Under the pieces are notes generated by a model, which saw only the letters and a list, made by a program, of their open reading frames with translations, had not been told where the DNA came from and did not search any database. A DNA stretch of 60,810 nucleotides, the filler included. It is 3 parts of 3 records of this genome, joined end to end, with 100 filler letters (N's around TTAATTAATTAA, not from the genome) between each part and the next. Parts side by side here need not be neighbours in the genome. Positions count along the whole stretch, not along the records: positions 26,563 to 52,376 come from SRR22947727_1397; positions 52,477 to 60,810 come from SRR22947727_1401; 1 more part is not named here. The stretch is one strand, 5' to 3'. Below, piece after piece: positions 50,301 to 59,579 of the stretch. Numbering within the stretch: position 1 is the stretch's first letter; each line of letters begins with the position of its first letter. The position numbers were made by a program, and so were the translations under genes.

Positions 50301-50740
50301 TCATTCTCATCAATAATAGTGTTTAACGGTATGGAAGTGCCGTCACTAAGAGTTCTGGTTTGTATTGGCAAACCTAATTCTTCCAAGCCTGTAGGAGTAA
50401 GAGCAACTTGTCCTTTGGTGTTTCTTATAAAGCCTCCAGATCCTACAAAATTCTGTAAAACCGCATCTTGCTCTTTCATGCCAATAATTCCAGAAGTTTC
50501 AGCTCTAGCCAATTGCGCCCTAAAATTTCTTAATGCGCCTTCACGCTCTGTACCTTTATCAATTAATCGTTCAAACTTTCCTCTTACCCCTGTTTCATAA
50601 TCAAAATTAAGTTTGTCATAAAAAGGAGAAACGGCACCAGTAGCTATAATAGCTTTTACTTTTTTCTTTGCTTCTTCTTCTGTATCAGCGTCTACAATTT
50701 CAGATACACCTTCAGAAATATTTACTCTATATCTAGGCAT
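47357..50740 (-). CDS. Large internal virion / DNA-ejection protein
   Basis: 1127 aa, helical, with Gly/Ala-rich hydrophobic segments near both ends; last gene of the structural strand. Confidence 0.65.
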   Translation of the reverse strand: MPRYRVNISEGVSEIVDADTEEEAKKKVKAIIATGAVSPFYDKLNFDYETGVRGKFERLIDKGTEREGALRNFRAQLARAETSGIIGMKEQDAVLQNFVGSGGFIRNTKGQVALTPTGLEELGLPIQTRTLSDGTSIPLNTIIDENDFGLKTGDLSDFAGMAGPIAGAITFMLPQAKIIKGLTSLFGGRDRIARMFAAGVGSSVGKAGEEALDYQEGFQLQERDELKNLFGGEFLFGSVGQGIGELFGLGYKLFLGRNAPTSDLRLNRQMALGRSASDILKLDAQLGKEATERQIAKAVRDGRVAKFDFKGIASQATLGAKLPGRLQDISEQVLGNTRDKETAAYLRVEIDNLLKEIGGENALLQKSISDATKGSLDEQVQASLQALRLKEQTVTQQLRKLLDDVVDDAIEVGNYADAPGRGALGQILQENLGRARAEVMKDLGEKYRGVDDMFRQLTSTEGKTGVELLQAETLDRVIRDTITKNIDDSLKLIGRHKDSDFMWGVNNKDELDGGIVNKIEAALEKFRKAAADDSIPVNLSHVRNAYSKLNTISRDTLEASPERKVIIEIMRKLDDSRVNQNGEMIRRSQPDSILSQLEIEGVEDFNVQLAKNIKSAGLGDGTIELQGQAVREVNNAIKQLREANKIAAQRMAPFDRLQIKKIISNSQKGAFDADEVYKKVILNGEKGDLDDIFKALRDYDGYMLKANEPTKAVAERTLKSQIKKRLFADAFRASTDVVDESINFTTFAKEIKRFERDYPGKLDSLFTDSATGKNTAKLVRDTIEQVNKISPRLKPQDMKNLVNDFTTNIKGLSASDQGLAFVQGLKQLAKASDERLKLEANRAISDLPLKGIDETVNIIFRPRSKENIEILKETLKDTPEIFTAIQQASMQKLLAKSIDLNGKGRITDLFKAGNLKTSLDSYTDETLEAMFGKELSQGLRNFQKQIDILTRQEAGRGGATGGLVAAGIGASLALNPIAVLPSVLGLAVARRLFASPSFVAAIAKTDKGSIMTVMDMTEQSLRQVLVRQLGMGAEQAGEAASGIMDGAYDTAGIEELLSPVKDLIKDTVSDVEDFQQEAQQALRTTQAPTANIPLPNVATTQMPTVDPLSQDRLALDEQLFGRPSRLG

Positions 50741-52376
50741 TAATCTGTAGCTAAAGTTGTATCAATAATACCTGCATCAGATGTGTCAGGTGCAATATAT
50801 GATTCTGCATCTGAAAATGTAAATGCTTTTATTAAATCTAATATTGGTTGGTTAATTCTTAAAACATTTGAATCATATCCAATATTATCAAAGAAAGATC
50901 TAGAATTTATAATCTTGTTTTGGGTACTCATCATTCCATTAAGAATATTTTTTCTACTGTCTTCAAGTTTCTTAATTGAAACAGCAACAGGTGTTCCAAA
51001 TTTAATATCTCCAAATACCTCTTCAACAATTTGTCTGTCTAAGTTAGAAATAGTTTTACCAGATTCACCTAGTATTTCTCTTACGTTTGCTTGCCTTAGA
51101 ACTTTTAACAAAGAGTTAGCTCTAGTTCTAGGCTCTAAATCCTCAAAAGATTTTCCAGTATCAGATTTTATAGCAGCTTCAATCATATCAGTTGCTTCTC
51201 CAAAGAAACCTTTTAGACCAGTAGCTCCACCTTCATCTAAAATTCCTATAACTTTGTTTAAATTAGATAAAGTACTTCTACTTTTTTCAAATGATTGAAT
51301 ATTGTCAGCTAAAGCATTTTCTTGATCGACAATTTTATTTGCATCAGTAGGATCCATAAATCCAGTACCCTCTAACGCTGCTTCGGCTCTAGCAAGTCTT
51401 AGTTTGGATGCAAATTCTTTTTCTTCTTGTTCAGCCATTAACTCTCTAGCGGCCCTTTCTTCAGCGGCCTTAGATGCGCCAAGAGATAAACCTGTTCCCA
51501 TTTGACCAGTTCTAGTTAGTTCGCCACCTACGTTTCTAATAAAGTCTAAGAACCTGTCAGATCCAAAGAATCCTGGTTCTTCTAGTTTTCTAGTTATGGG
51601 ATCAATTGGTCTTGGAAGAGGAGGTGGTTGATCTTCATCCTGTTCTATTTTTTCTTCTTCACCTGTCGTGGCAGCTACAATAGGGTCTATAGGTTTTATA
51701 GGCTCTAGAAGATCTTTAATTTCACTTTCTGGTAAACCGCCAAACTTCTCTTCTACTTCAGAAGCGCTTTCTTCTTCGGTCTTATCTAAATCAACTTTTT
51801 GCTCAATAGGTTTAATTTCATCTAAAAGATCTGATATTTCTTTATTATCTTCAACGGTTAAATTATCTTCATAATCCACAGGATCATAATTAGGTTGTTT
51901 AAATGGATAACCGAGGCCCAAAATATCTGTAACTAGAGCTTTAGGATCTTCTAATCCAAACCTATTCGTTCCTTTTAAAATGTCAATTTGCGTTCTTGCT
52001 CTGTCCGCATCTGTAGGTACGTAACTTTCATAAGATGGTTTAAATAAATCTACAAATGGTACTAAACTACCAAAAGGCTGCATACTAAATGTCGGATCAA
52101 AACTTTGTGTACCACCAAAATCTTTTGCTGCTTGTATTCCTGTCACCTCACCCAACACTCTTGATAAACCTCTTATAGGACCTTCAGTAAGTCTGGCAGC
52201 ACCAAATGCAAGATCTGCAAAATTCGTTCCGTAATCTTCATCTGCTTGAAAGGGACCGTATTTAGGTGCGTCTCTTTTTTGAAAATTCTCTAGAATAGAT
52301 AAAACAGCAGGGCCTTTTTCTAAGGTATCGTCATAAAGAATTTTGTAAGGATTAAAACCAGCGGTATTAATAAAAT
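50740..52376 (-). CDS. Internal virion protein (probably 5'-truncated at contig end)
   Basis: Frame appears open upstream of the ORF-track start 52158; REILGESGKTISNLDR motif. Confidence 0.6.
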
Positions 52377-52476
52377 NNNNNNNNNNNNNNNNNNNNNNNN
52401 NNNNNNNNNNNNNNNNNNNNTTAATTAATTAANNNNNNNNNNNNNNNNNNNNNNNNNNNNNNNNNNNNNNNNNNNN
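52377..52476. other. Artificial contig spacer
   Basis: N44-TTAATTAATTAA-N44. Confidence 0.99.
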
Positions 52477-52509
52477 TGATTCGTCGAACGTACCCTGTTG
52501 GATCGTAAG
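52477..52509. repeat. Palindromic repeat copy inside the cysS reading frame at contig end
   Basis: Minus strand CTTACGATCCAACAGGGTACGTTCGACGAATCA matches copies at 21463 and 55531. Confidence 0.8.
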
Positions 52510-53526
52510 AAGGGCCGCTTCAAATTTAGCGAGTTTTTCGAGCGCCTGTTTCGCCCCGGAAAGTGACGGGAAGGTTTCGTTTCCTGATTTATCTTTAGCA
52601 ACGAAATTGAGCGGCTGCCGATAATTCGCAGCAATCAAAACGTAGCGAACCTCAGCCCCACTGAATCCGGCTTTAGCCAACTGATCGATCGTGTAGAAGT
52701 TATTTGCGCTTTTCGACATTTTACCCCCATCCACGAGCAAATGCGTCAGGTGAAACCAGTGGTCCGCCATCGTGCAACCGGTGCACGCTTCGCTCTGTGC
52801 GATTTCGTTTTCGTGATGCGGGAAAATCAAATCAACGCCGCCGGAATGAAGATCGAATGTTTCACCGAGATATTCACGGCTCATTGCCGAGCATTCCAAG
52901 TGCCAGCCGGGACGGCCCTGCCCCCAAGGACTTTCCCAGAAATTCTCACCGTCATCGTCTCGTCGCGCTTTCCACAGAACAAAATCGGATGCGCTTTCTT
53001 TGTCGTATTCATCATCAGTCACACCGCTGGCGCCGGAACGCAGCTCGCGTTTATCGAGATGAGAAAGTTTGCCGTACCCATCAAACGAACTAATTTTGAA
53101 ATAGACGGAACCATCCTCTGCAGAGTAGGCGTGACCTTTACTGATGAGATCTTCAATCATCGCGATCTGATGCGGAATGTGCTCAACCGCACTGGGCTCA
53201 ACATGCGGCTTCAGCAAATTCAGCTCTTCGCAATCTTCGTGAAACTTGTCGCGATGCTGATCAGTGAATTCTTTGAGCGTTTTCCCGTTTGCCTGAGAAT
53301 CGCGAATCGTCTTGTCGTCGAGATCAGTCAAATTGCGCACGTGTAGGCACTTTTGGCCGGACAACTCGAGCGTCCGCCGAAAGACATCCTGGAGGACAAA
53401 TGTCCGAAAATTTCCGATATGAGCGAGGCCATAAACCGTTGGTCCACAGCAGTAGAATCGAAACGTGTCTCCATCGCGGGGCTTCAATTCAAGGGGCTTT
53501 CGGGTCAGGGTATCGAATAACTTCAT
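52477..53526 (-). CDS. cysS: Cysteinyl-tRNA synthetase (3'-truncated)
   Basis: [39 protein letters not shown]. Confidence 0.97.
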
Positions 53527-53756
53527 AGGGTGTCGAAATCGGCCTCAACATTGCGGACGAGCCACAAATTGCAACATTCGGGATGTTTGACTCGATTAAT
53601 TATCAAATTTATAATAAGTTCGTATTTTTGCGTGTATGGATAAGGCTTCGAGCTTTTAAAATGTTCCGAATTTGTTATAATCTGAAGGCTATACCCACCC
53701 TCTCCAATTAGGCCAATTTGTCTTTTCCATGTTGAGACTTGCGATCAAGACCCAAA

Positions 53757-54287
53757 ATGAAGATAAGCCAGTCGATCCGTGAAATGAAAACGGACTTTGA
53801 CAAGATGCCCGGTGGACCTCGCCTCAATGGAAACACCGGGGAAGACGAAGCGAAACTTACTGAGCTTCAAGAACAGATTAAAGAATACGAGGATTATCAG
53901 AAGATCCTTCGTGAATCAATTCGGCCGGACAGCGCAACCGTTCGCGTTTTGAGTAGCCAGTTGATCAAGAAAATCGATCTTATCGACGACCTGATCTCGC
54001 GGTATTCCAAAACCAAAAAGAACAAAGAAGTTTCCCAACAACTCACGATCCTTCGGAAAAGCTTCCTCGATTTTCTATCCGACAATTCAGTGAATGCCTT
54101 TGAATTTGCGCCGAGAACAGAGTTAGAAATGGATCTTCGAAGGAAAATCAAAATCGTGTCGACCAAACAGCGGGCCGAGGATGGAATCACTCGAATTGTT
54201 GAAACGGTCACTCCCGGCTACACCTGCGCAGATGATGAGGGCGGCGAAGTTATTATCCGAAAGGCTGAAGTAGTCACTCATGCTTGA
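53757..54287 (+). CDS. GrpE-like nucleotide exchange factor
   Basis: Coiled coil, LIDDL helix, C-terminal IVETVTPGY...IIRKAEVV; upstream of the Hsp70 remnant. Confidence 0.7.
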   Translation: MKISQSIREMKTDFDKMPGGPRLNGNTGEDEAKLTELQEQIKEYEDYQKILRESIRPDSATVRVLSSQLIKKIDLIDDLISRYSKTKKNKEVSQQLTILRKSFLDFLSDNSVNAFEFAPRTELEMDLRRKIKIVSTKQRAEDGITRIVETVTPGYTCADDEGGEVIIRKAEVVTHA

Positions 54288-54421
54288 CGTCTAAAGCTCA
54301 GGCACTACTGCCGGATGAACCGCAAAATGGCCACAAATCAGATTGCAACCTGATCGTTGCGAACGACTATACCCTCTCTCTAAACTTCCATTTTTAGAAC
54401 GCTCTCCACTCGACGTTTTTT

Positions 54422-55057
54422 ATGGCTAAAGCGAGATTTGTCGGCATCGATTTGCTCCCGGAAGACATCGACAACGTCGTTTTGGTTGGCGGTTCGAACC
54501 GTATTCCAAAAGTCTCCGATATTCTCGAAGCCCAATTCGGCAAGAAGCCTCTCACGTGCGGAAATGTGGATGAGTGCGTTGCTCTCGGAGCGGCACTGTT
54601 TGCGTAGCGTAGCCGCCGGGTTTCCGAAGTCTGCAACCACAGCTACGGTACCCTCGCTATCATTGAAGATGCAAAAACCGGCAAAGCGGTCGTGCAAAAC
54701 TCAGTCGTGATTCCAAAGAATACACCGATCCCATGTTCCATGTCGCAGACTTATATTACGCCTGAAGACAACGAAGAATTGATCGAAGTCGAAATCCCCC
54801 AGGGTGAGGACAAAGATCCTCGCTACGTTGATATCGTTGGGAAAATCGCACTCGAAGTCCCCGCCGGACGAAAAGCGGGCTGCGAGGTAACGGTCACCTA
54901 TTCCTACGACGAAAACCAGCGCGTTCGCGCTCAGATTTACGATGCCGAATCCGGCCTCAAAAAAGACGTCGCCATCGAGTATCGTGGAGAAGGCGTCCTA
55001 TCGGACGAAGATGTCGAACGCAAAACCGCCTACCTCAAACAAATCAAGATCGCCTGA
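54422..55057 (+). pseudogene. Internally deleted Hsp70/DnaK-family gene
   Basis: N-terminal VGIDL fused directly to DIDNVVLVGGSNRIP; in-frame TAG at 54605; substrate-binding-domain motifs follow (VIPKNTPIP, QGE, VTYSYDEN). Confidence 0.85.
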
Positions 55058-55095
55058 TGTAGCGCAAACTTTCAAATTTTTCCTTTCGGACCCTC

Positions 55096-55472
55096 ATGAG
55101 TATTCGGACAATGTTCAAAAAATTGCTTCACGGCTCTGCCGCCGGTGAAGACAAAAAAACGCCTCTGCTACAAAATCCACAGCGACTCCGAAGAAAAAAG
55201 CGGCCGCTGCAGGCAAGAAAAAGAAGCCCACAGGTCCGCCTCCAACGGTTTCGAACAAACCCAATTTGGCGGCGAAGACTCCAGAAGCCCTTTGCGGAAT
55301 CGAGCCCAAAAAGATGAAGAAGGACGAGATCAAAGAAAAGCTCGCAGAATTTTATCGCCGCCATAACCACACGGCTGGAAGCCTCAGCTCCGAGCTTCGC
55401 GAAGAGGCAGAGAAAATGCTCGATGCCATCGTCGCTTGCCGCGAAAAATACATCGACGGCATCAAGAAGTGA
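55096..55472 (+). pseudogene. Frameshifted Lys/Ala-rich protein with degenerate J-domain-like C-terminus
   Basis: Frame changes near the A7 run at 55153-55159; C-terminus EIKEKLAEFYRRHN...EAEKMLDAI lacks HPD; could be a homopolymer error. Confidence 0.5.
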
Positions 55473-55507
55473 TTTTTCCGAAGAGCGCCACATTTTAGAA
55501 TGGCGTT

Positions 55508-55610
55508 TTACGATCCAATAGGGTTAGTCTAACGATCCAACAGGGTTGGTTCGTGGAGCCGTTTCGAATCAATAGGGTTCGTTCGATGAACCGACCCTAT
55601 TGATTCGTAA
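55508..55610. repeat. Cluster of two partial and one full palindromic repeat
   Basis: ACGATCCAATAGGGTT, ACGATCCAACAGGGTTGGTTC, and TCGAATCAATAGGGTTCGTTCGATGAACCGACCCTATTGATTCG. Confidence 0.85.
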
Positions 55611-55611
55611 A

Positions 55612-56514
55612 ATGAGCCTGAACGTCCATCACCTCGAACTGTTTTATTTCGTAGCAAAATACGAAGGAATTACCGAAGCGGTGCGCAAAATGCCTTACGG
55701 GATTCAGCAGCCGGCAGTGAGCGGTCAAATCCTTCAATTAGAAAAAAGCCTCGGGGTAAAATTGTTTCATCGGCGGCCTTTTGCGCTGACTCCCGCCGGC
55801 GACGATCTCTACGATTTTGTGTATCCGTTTTTCTCGCGGCTCGATCAAGTTTCAGAACGCCTGCGCGGCGAAGAAAGTCAGCATTTGAGATTGGCAGCTT
55901 CGGGAACGGTTTTACGACACCACCTGCCTGGCGTCCTCCAAGCCGTGAAAGAAAAATTCCCTGACCTACGAGTGACATTGCGGGAAGTAACTTCCACTGA
56001 AATGGAAGCCGCCCTGCAAAAACAGGAGGCCGACGTCGCGATCACAATTTTGCATCGGAAAACCACACCGGGAGTCAAATCCACCAAACTGCTGGAATTG
56101 CCTCAGGTGTTGCTGGTCCCCACCGATGCACCGGTCAAAAAAATCAAAGAGATCCTCGATTCAGCAGTCGGCGGAAGCATTTGCCAACCGCTCATTACCC
56201 TTCCGCCGAGCGAACGGCTCGCCCAACTTTTTCAGGATGGCTTGGCCAAACGCAATCTGGCCTGGGAACCTTCGATGGAAGTTTCAGAGGTTGGCTTGAT
56301 CGAACGCTACGTTGCGAGCGGATTTGGCTACGGCGTGACGCTGCAAATTCCAGGAATTCCGTGGGGAGACAAAGTTCGAGCCATCCCATTGCCCGCGGCC
56401 GACTTCGGGCCCGTCGTCGTCGGTATTCTGCACACTGGCAATTTAAAATCGGTCGCCGCGAACTTCGTAGAAGTGGCAAAAAAATACGCAGCCACGTTGA
56501 TGAAAGCGGTGTGA
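55612..56514 (+). CDS. LysR family transcriptional regulator
   Basis: LNVHHLELFY..., QPAVSGQILQLEKSLGVKLFHR, LTPAG. Confidence 0.93.
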   Translation: MSLNVHHLELFYFVAKYEGITEAVRKMPYGIQQPAVSGQILQLEKSLGVKLFHRRPFALTPAGDDLYDFVYPFFSRLDQVSERLRGEESQHLRLAASGTVLRHHLPGVLQAVKEKFPDLRVTLREVTSTEMEAALQKQEADVAITILHRKTTPGVKSTKLLELPQVLLVPTDAPVKKIKEILDSAVGGSICQPLITLPPSERLAQLFQDGLAKRNLAWEPSMEVSEVGLIERYVASGFGYGVTLQIPGIPWGDKVRAIPLPAADFGPVVVGILHTGNLKSVAANFVEVAKKYAATLMKAV

Positions 56515-56526
56515 GCTTTCAGCCAA

Positions 56527-58227
56527 TTACGCGGTAGATTTCCGAATTCCCTGGATCACAATTTGAATCCCGGTAAGCCCGCGAAATTCATTGCGATCAA
56601 TCGTAAACGCCACGTCCCACGGCGGTTTAGGTAAATCGATGTGCGCCGAATTGAAATACATCGCCTCCCGGTGCGTGGCTCCCTGCATGAGACGAAATTT
56701 CTGGTGCTTCTCTTTGATTAATCGTCCCGGAATCGCAAGCTCCACACCGCGACACATGAAAACGGGCTGCGGATTGTTCGAACCGAACGGCCGGAGCAGC
56801 TCATAGCTGTCGAGTAAATCAATCGTGAGCTCCGCAAGCGTCGTCTGCGCATCAATGCGGAGTTTTTGAGTCATGACATCGTTCGTACTGACATCAGCGA
56901 TGTATTTTGAAAACGCCTTGCTGAAATCAGCGAGATTTTCCTGCTTCAAACTAACGCCGGCAGCCATGTCGTGGCCACCTCCGGCAACAATCAGTTCACG
57001 ACAGGAATCGAGCGCTTGAACGAGCGAAATACCTTCAATACTGCGACCGCTGCCTTTTCCAATTCCATTTTCGTCAAAGGCGACAACAAACGTAGGGCGA
57101 TGGTAAAATTTCGAAATTCGCGACGCAACAATCCCAACCACGCCGGGGTGCCAACCAGGCGCGCCCACCACGATTCCATGATTTCGATCGGAAGGATCGA
57201 GCGCTTCGATCATCGCTTCAGCCTCTTCCCGCGTCTTCATTTCGAGGTTTTGCCGCTCCCGATTTCGCTCATCGAGATCGGCTGCAAACCCCTCGGCATC
57301 GACCATTCCTTGAGACAAAATTAAATCCAATGAAGCCATCGCAGTATCCAATCGGCCAGCCGCATTCAATCTCGGCCCCAATTTAAAACCAATATCCGCC
57401 GTGCGAGCAGGCGTTCCCGCGCCTGAAATATTTTTCAATGCCTGAACGCCGGGATGGATCGTACGATCCAATTGCTGAAGTCCGCGACGAACAAAAATTC
57501 GATTTTCATCCACCAGAGGAACAATGTCTGCCACCGTTCCCATCGCAACGAGATCGAGATAGTCTCGCAAATCAAATCCGTGAGCCGGCGACTGCTTCAG
57601 CAAGGCGTGCCCGATTTTAAAAACCACCCCGGCAGTGCAGAGGTAGTGATAATCCTTACCCAGTTTTGGATTTACCACTGAAACGCAATCCGCAATTCCT
57701 TCCAGCGAAGGCTCATGGTGATCTAGCACAATCAGATCCACCCCAAGTTCGCGGAGCATCTTTGCTTCTTCACGGGAATTGGTTCCGCAGTCCGCTGCAA
57801 TCAGCAGTGTCGGTGTCGAATCTTCCAAAACCCGTTCAATTCCATCGATCGAAAGACCGTAGCCTTCTTCGAGCCGAGCAGGTAAAAACTGAGTCGGTGA
57901 CAGCCCGTATTGGGACAAAATATGATACAGCAACGCGATGGAGGTGACGCCATCAACATCGTAATCACCGTAGAGAGCAACCCGCTCCTTTCGCTGAACC
58001 GCGATGAGAATTCGATCCACCGCAGCTTGCATTCCCGGCATCAGAAATGGATCCGAAAGATCCTGAAGCCTGGGATACAGGAACTTTGGGAGCAATTCGC
58101 GAGTATTGTGCCCACGCTGACAAGCGAGTGACACAACTGTTTTGGCCAAGCTGAATTCTTCAGCCAAAGAATCAATCAGATCCTTTGGCGGCTTTTTAGC
58201 AATGACCCATTTTGTCCGAGAGGGCAT
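56527..58227 (-). CDS. recJ: Single-stranded-DNA exonuclease RecJ
   Basis: GDYDVDG, DCG, DHH, GTVAD, PRLNAAGR, GSGRS, GGHDMAAG motifs. Confidence 0.96.
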   Translation of the reverse strand: MPSRTKWVIAKKPPKDLIDSLAEEFSLAKTVVSLACQRGHNTRELLPKFLYPRLQDLSDPFLMPGMQAAVDRILIAVQRKERVALYGDYDVDGVTSIALLYHILSQYGLSPTQFLPARLEEGYGLSIDGIERVLEDSTPTLLIAADCGTNSREEAKMLRELGVDLIVLDHHEPSLEGIADCVSVVNPKLGKDYHYLCTAGVVFKIGHALLKQSPAHGFDLRDYLDLVAMGTVADIVPLVDENRIFVRRGLQQLDRTIHPGVQALKNISGAGTPARTADIGFKLGPRLNAAGRLDTAMASLDLILSQGMVDAEGFAADLDERNRERQNLEMKTREEAEAMIEALDPSDRNHGIVVGAPGWHPGVVGIVASRISKFYHRPTFVVAFDENGIGKGSGRSIEGISLVQALDSCRELIVAGGGHDMAAGVSLKQENLADFSKAFSKYIADVSTNDVMTQKLRIDAQTTLAELTIDLLDSYELLRPFGSNNPQPVFMCRGVELAIPGRLIKEKHQKFRLMQGATHREAMYFNSAHIDLPKPPWDVAFTIDRNEFRGLTGIQIVIQGIRKSTA

Positions 58228-58295
58228 TTTGCCACCTTAGACACAAGAAACGGGTTTTGCCGAAGTTTTTCGCAAACTTCCGTCAGAGAGGAGGA

Positions 58296-58559
58296 TCAAA
58301 TCAATCCTGCTTTCGTCAAAGTCTTGAACGCACCGTTTTTATCGATCGTTTTGAGACCGCGAGCGCTGACTTTAACACGAACGTATTTTCCGAGTTCTGG
58401 AACCCAAACGCGCTTGTTGCGAAGGTTTGGCTTGAACTGACGCTTCACCACTTTGGTCACGTGACGGCCGATACCACCCTTTTTCTTAGCTTTACCGCTA
58501 CGATGAATCCGTCCACCTGAGTGAACTTTAGCGCCTGTGATTTTGCATTGTCTCGACAT
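58296..58559 (-). CDS. rpmB: 50S ribosomal protein L28
   Basis: MSRQCKITG, KRQFKPNL, VKVSARGLKTIDKNG. Confidence 0.95.
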   Translation of the reverse strand: MSRQCKITGAKVHSGGRIHRSGKAKKKGGIGRHVTKVVKRQFKPNLRNKRVWVPELGKYVRVKVSARGLKTIDKNGAFKTLTKAGLI

Positions 58560-58674
58560 GGTATTGAGCCAGTTAAAAGGAATTATAAAATTTCGTGTCC
58601 CGCGTGAAGCCTTTCAGGCAGCAGGACGGGGAATTTCCACGGAAAATCCAATTCGTCAAGTCCGAACCCGGGAT

Positions 58675-59442
58675 TTACCGAAGCCGTTCGATCGCCGCCA
58701 AATCCGCCGCCGCATCAAACCCTGCAATCGCTTCACGTTGAAGGACTGCAATCTCTGCGGCGCCTTTTTTGCTGTAGCGCAACATTTCAAGCATTTGCTC
58801 TTCGGTAAAGGTGGATTCTTCGCCGCTGCCCTGCATTTCGATCAAATCGAGATTCTCGGTCATCACGAAGTTAAAATCGACCGTCGCTCCGGCGTCTTCG
58901 TGATAATTCAGATCGAGAACGCACTCGTCTTCAAAAACTCCCGCGCTAATCGCCGTGGCGAGCTGCTTCATCGGAGATTTTTTGAGCTTTCCCGCCACCA
59001 TAAGCCGCTGCACTGCCATTTCGACAGCAACGGATGCACCCGTGATTGATGCCGTGCGCGTCCCGCCATCAGCGCGTAGAACATCGCAATCGATCCACAA
59101 TGTCCGTGAACCGAGCGCTTTCAGATCGATCACTGCGCGAAGTGAACGCCCGATCAGTCGCTGGATTTCCGAACTACGGCCATCGAGTTTTCCGCGGCTG
59201 ATGTCCCGTGACTTCCGTCCCAATGTCGAATACGGCAGCATGCTGTATTCAGCCGTGAGCCAGCCGCCTTCGACGCCCTGATATTTCATCCAACCGGGGA
59301 CGCCATCTTCGATCATTGCGGCGCAAATCACCTGGGTGTCGCCAAAACTTACCAAAACACTGCCGTGGGCGTGCTTGGCGATATCAGTCTGAAATGTGAT
59401 AGGACGGGTTTCATCCACTTGGCGGCGATCAATTCGGCTCAT
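58675..59442 (-). CDS. rph: Ribonuclease PH
   Basis: GWLTAEYSMLP, EIQRLIGRSLR, DCDVLRADGGTRTASITG, LDLNYHED. Confidence 0.96.
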   Translation of the reverse strand: MSRIDRRQVDETRPITFQTDIAKHAHGSVLVSFGDTQVICAAMIEDGVPGWMKYQGVEGGWLTAEYSMLPYSTLGRKSRDISRGKLDGRSSEIQRLIGRSLRAVIDLKALGSRTLWIDCDVLRADGGTRTASITGASVAVEMAVQRLMVAGKLKKSPMKQLATAISAGVFEDECVLDLNYHEDAGATVDFNFVMTENLDLIEMQGSGEESTFTEEQMLEMLRYSKKGAAEIAVLQREAIAGFDAAADLAAIERLR

Positions 59443-59579
59443 AGGCCGCGAATTTCGGGGAAATGACGTCAGAATGCAACCGAGTCGTTCGGGAATCTTC
59501 AATTTCTGATGACTTGCGACTTTTTCTAAAGCCGCGACTTTACGCGCCGTCTTCTTCCCCTCAGTCTCTCAATTTTTAA

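Larger units (their letters stand above)
26563..52376. mobile_element. Tailed phage genome fragment (AT-rich, marine-podovirus-like gene content), separate contig
   Basis: Portal, TerL, TerS, primase-polymerase, recombination genes, large virion proteins; sharp compositional difference from flanks; no integrase or att site seen. Confidence 0.95.

Noticed and set aside
54605-54607. TAG readthrough in the Hsp70 gene
   Set aside because: The gene lacks most of its ATPase domain, and TAG is a normal stop elsewhere in the bacterial DNA (e.g. 25790, 26363).
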